Positions 62,565 to 64,000 of a stretch of 64,000 bases of DNA are shown here, one piece after another. The stretch spans positions 1,674,001-1,738,000 of the forward strand of contig CM035353.1 in the NCBI GenBank assembly GCA_020137815.1, in the 5' to 3' direction. The notes under the pieces were generated by a model. The model did no database searches. It was not told the DNA's origin and saw only the letters and a program-made list of their open reading frames with translations. This DNA comes from Hormiphora californensis. Its lineage: Eukaryota; Animalia; Ctenophora. Positions within the stretch are counted from its first letter, which is position 1, and each line of letters starts with the position of its first letter. The position numbers and the translations under genes are program-made.

Positions 62565-63539
62565 CTCTCTCTATCTATCTATCTATCTCTCTGTTTTGAT
62601 TTTGAAAATATGGCTCTCTTATCTATCTGTTGCATGTTGTTATCTTTTATCACCAACCGTCGATGATATAACCGTCATCAATTCTTTATTTTAATTTGTT
62701 CTGTGCTGATCTGCTGACTGCTCTACATTCTCGCAATGGGTTATCTTTTTTAATGTATTGTTCTGAATAAAATAAATTATAAATTAACCCTAAATTATTT
62801 TCCCAGGACACATGGCTGATGAGGAATCGTTCACTACAACACCGCAACACCACTCTCCAGATATATACAGAATTCTACAAGAGATATATCTACTAAATTA
62901 CTACATAAACCAAAAAGGTAAGAAGATGAGGGGGCTGGGGAACTGTATAAAATTCCATATAAAAATGTGTATGAGTCATACTATGACGGACTGTTCTCTA
63001 TGGCTAATTTTATTCACCACCCGCCCCCCCCCCCCCCCCCCCCCCCCCCCCACCCCCGACACTGACAACCATTTCAGCGACGATCACAAAGCTTCTTCAT
63101 TTTCAACTAATTAACACCGTGCTCTCCCCTACAGATTGATAGTTTTGGGGCAAGTTATATCTACTGAATATCTTCTTAACCTTGGAGCTGAACTTTGGAT
63201 GGAATTTTGGAAGGTAGGTGCCGACGAGAGAGACAGAGAGAGAGAGAGGGGGGTGGGGTGGGGCAGAGAGGTAGAGAATTCCTTGTTGCATTTTCACTGT
63301 CCCCTCTTCATTTCTCAATTTTAATCCGTTCTGTGCTCTATATACAGGGTGTTCATATGGGATCTTTACAAGCGTTGGGCTTCACCCAGAAAAAAGTTGA
63401 CAAAATAAGCGTATGAAACTTCATACTTGGACTATTCTATACCCTCATTCAAGGTTCCTGGTGTTTCTGGAGCTCTAATACACCTGGAAGTGTGTTTTTG
63501 GTATCAAAACTACCAGAAGACATTTTTTGCTGGTGCTGG

Positions 63540-63796
63540 GACTTTGCTAGAATGTTTTTTGGGTATTTTCCATGTCAATTCCAAAGTTTCAAGATGATTG
63601 GATGTGTGGTTTAGTCACCAAGTTCCAAATAAACTGGCTAGAAAGGCCCAAAAACAGCTCAAAAACGGCGAAAATTGATATTTTAGAGTCTTTCCAGGCA
63701 CTTTTTTCGAAATTTTGAGTTCATAAAACACGTCCAATCATGATTAAACTTTGGAATTGACATGTAGAATACCCAAAAAACATTCTAGCAAAGTCG
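63540..63796. repeat. Foldback segment, probably part of a larger element; 12-bp ATTACGCATACT array at 63933-63995
   Basis: GACTTTGCTAGAATGTTTTTTGGGTAT / ATACCCAAAAAACATTCTAGCAAAGTC. Confidence 0.7.
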
Positions 63797-64000
63797 GGGG
63801 GGTGCCGGCCAATAATTAATGAGGATGAGGTCTTGTCCAGCGTTTTTCGAATTAATGAGGGCCCTCAAAAATCCTCAATAATCCTCATTAATCCTCAACA
63901 ATTATTTTATAGTTTTTACAAAAATTTTGACGATTACGCATACTATTACGCATACTATTACGCATACTATTACGCATACTATTACGCATACTATTGGGCA

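Overview
Eukaryotic, intron-rich, repeat-dense DNA from an invertebrate. The MITE families look like ctenophore (Pleurobrachia-like) repeats, but this is inference from recall. The window holds: (1) a + strand ARHGEF17/ARHGEF10-type RhoGEF (DH-PH plus C-terminal propeller; exons ~3060-27765) with two nested secreted-protein genes, an antisense 8-sushi (CCP) gene and a same-strand intronless 6xShKT gene in its last intron; (2) a + strand ankyrin/ARM-like exon set followed by a REM+CDC25 RasGEF exon set (31370-59274), possibly one gene; (3) two intronic CR1/L2-group LINEs with intact APE-RT frames; and (4) many MITEs/foldback elements, a SINE-like insert and many micro/minisatellites. Both LINEs show candidate recoding signals. 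LINE-A has a U_UUU_UUA slippery site plus hairpin exactly where the AUG-less ORF2 frame opens. LINE-B has a long hydrophobic leader ending in a non-canonical 2A-like NPGP right before the endonuclease. Other patterns are a hAT MITE that repeatedly sits 6-12 nt downstream of 5' splice sites and tandem arrays built from amplified splice sites. Exon models were built by hand from GT/AG sites and translation, without transcript data.
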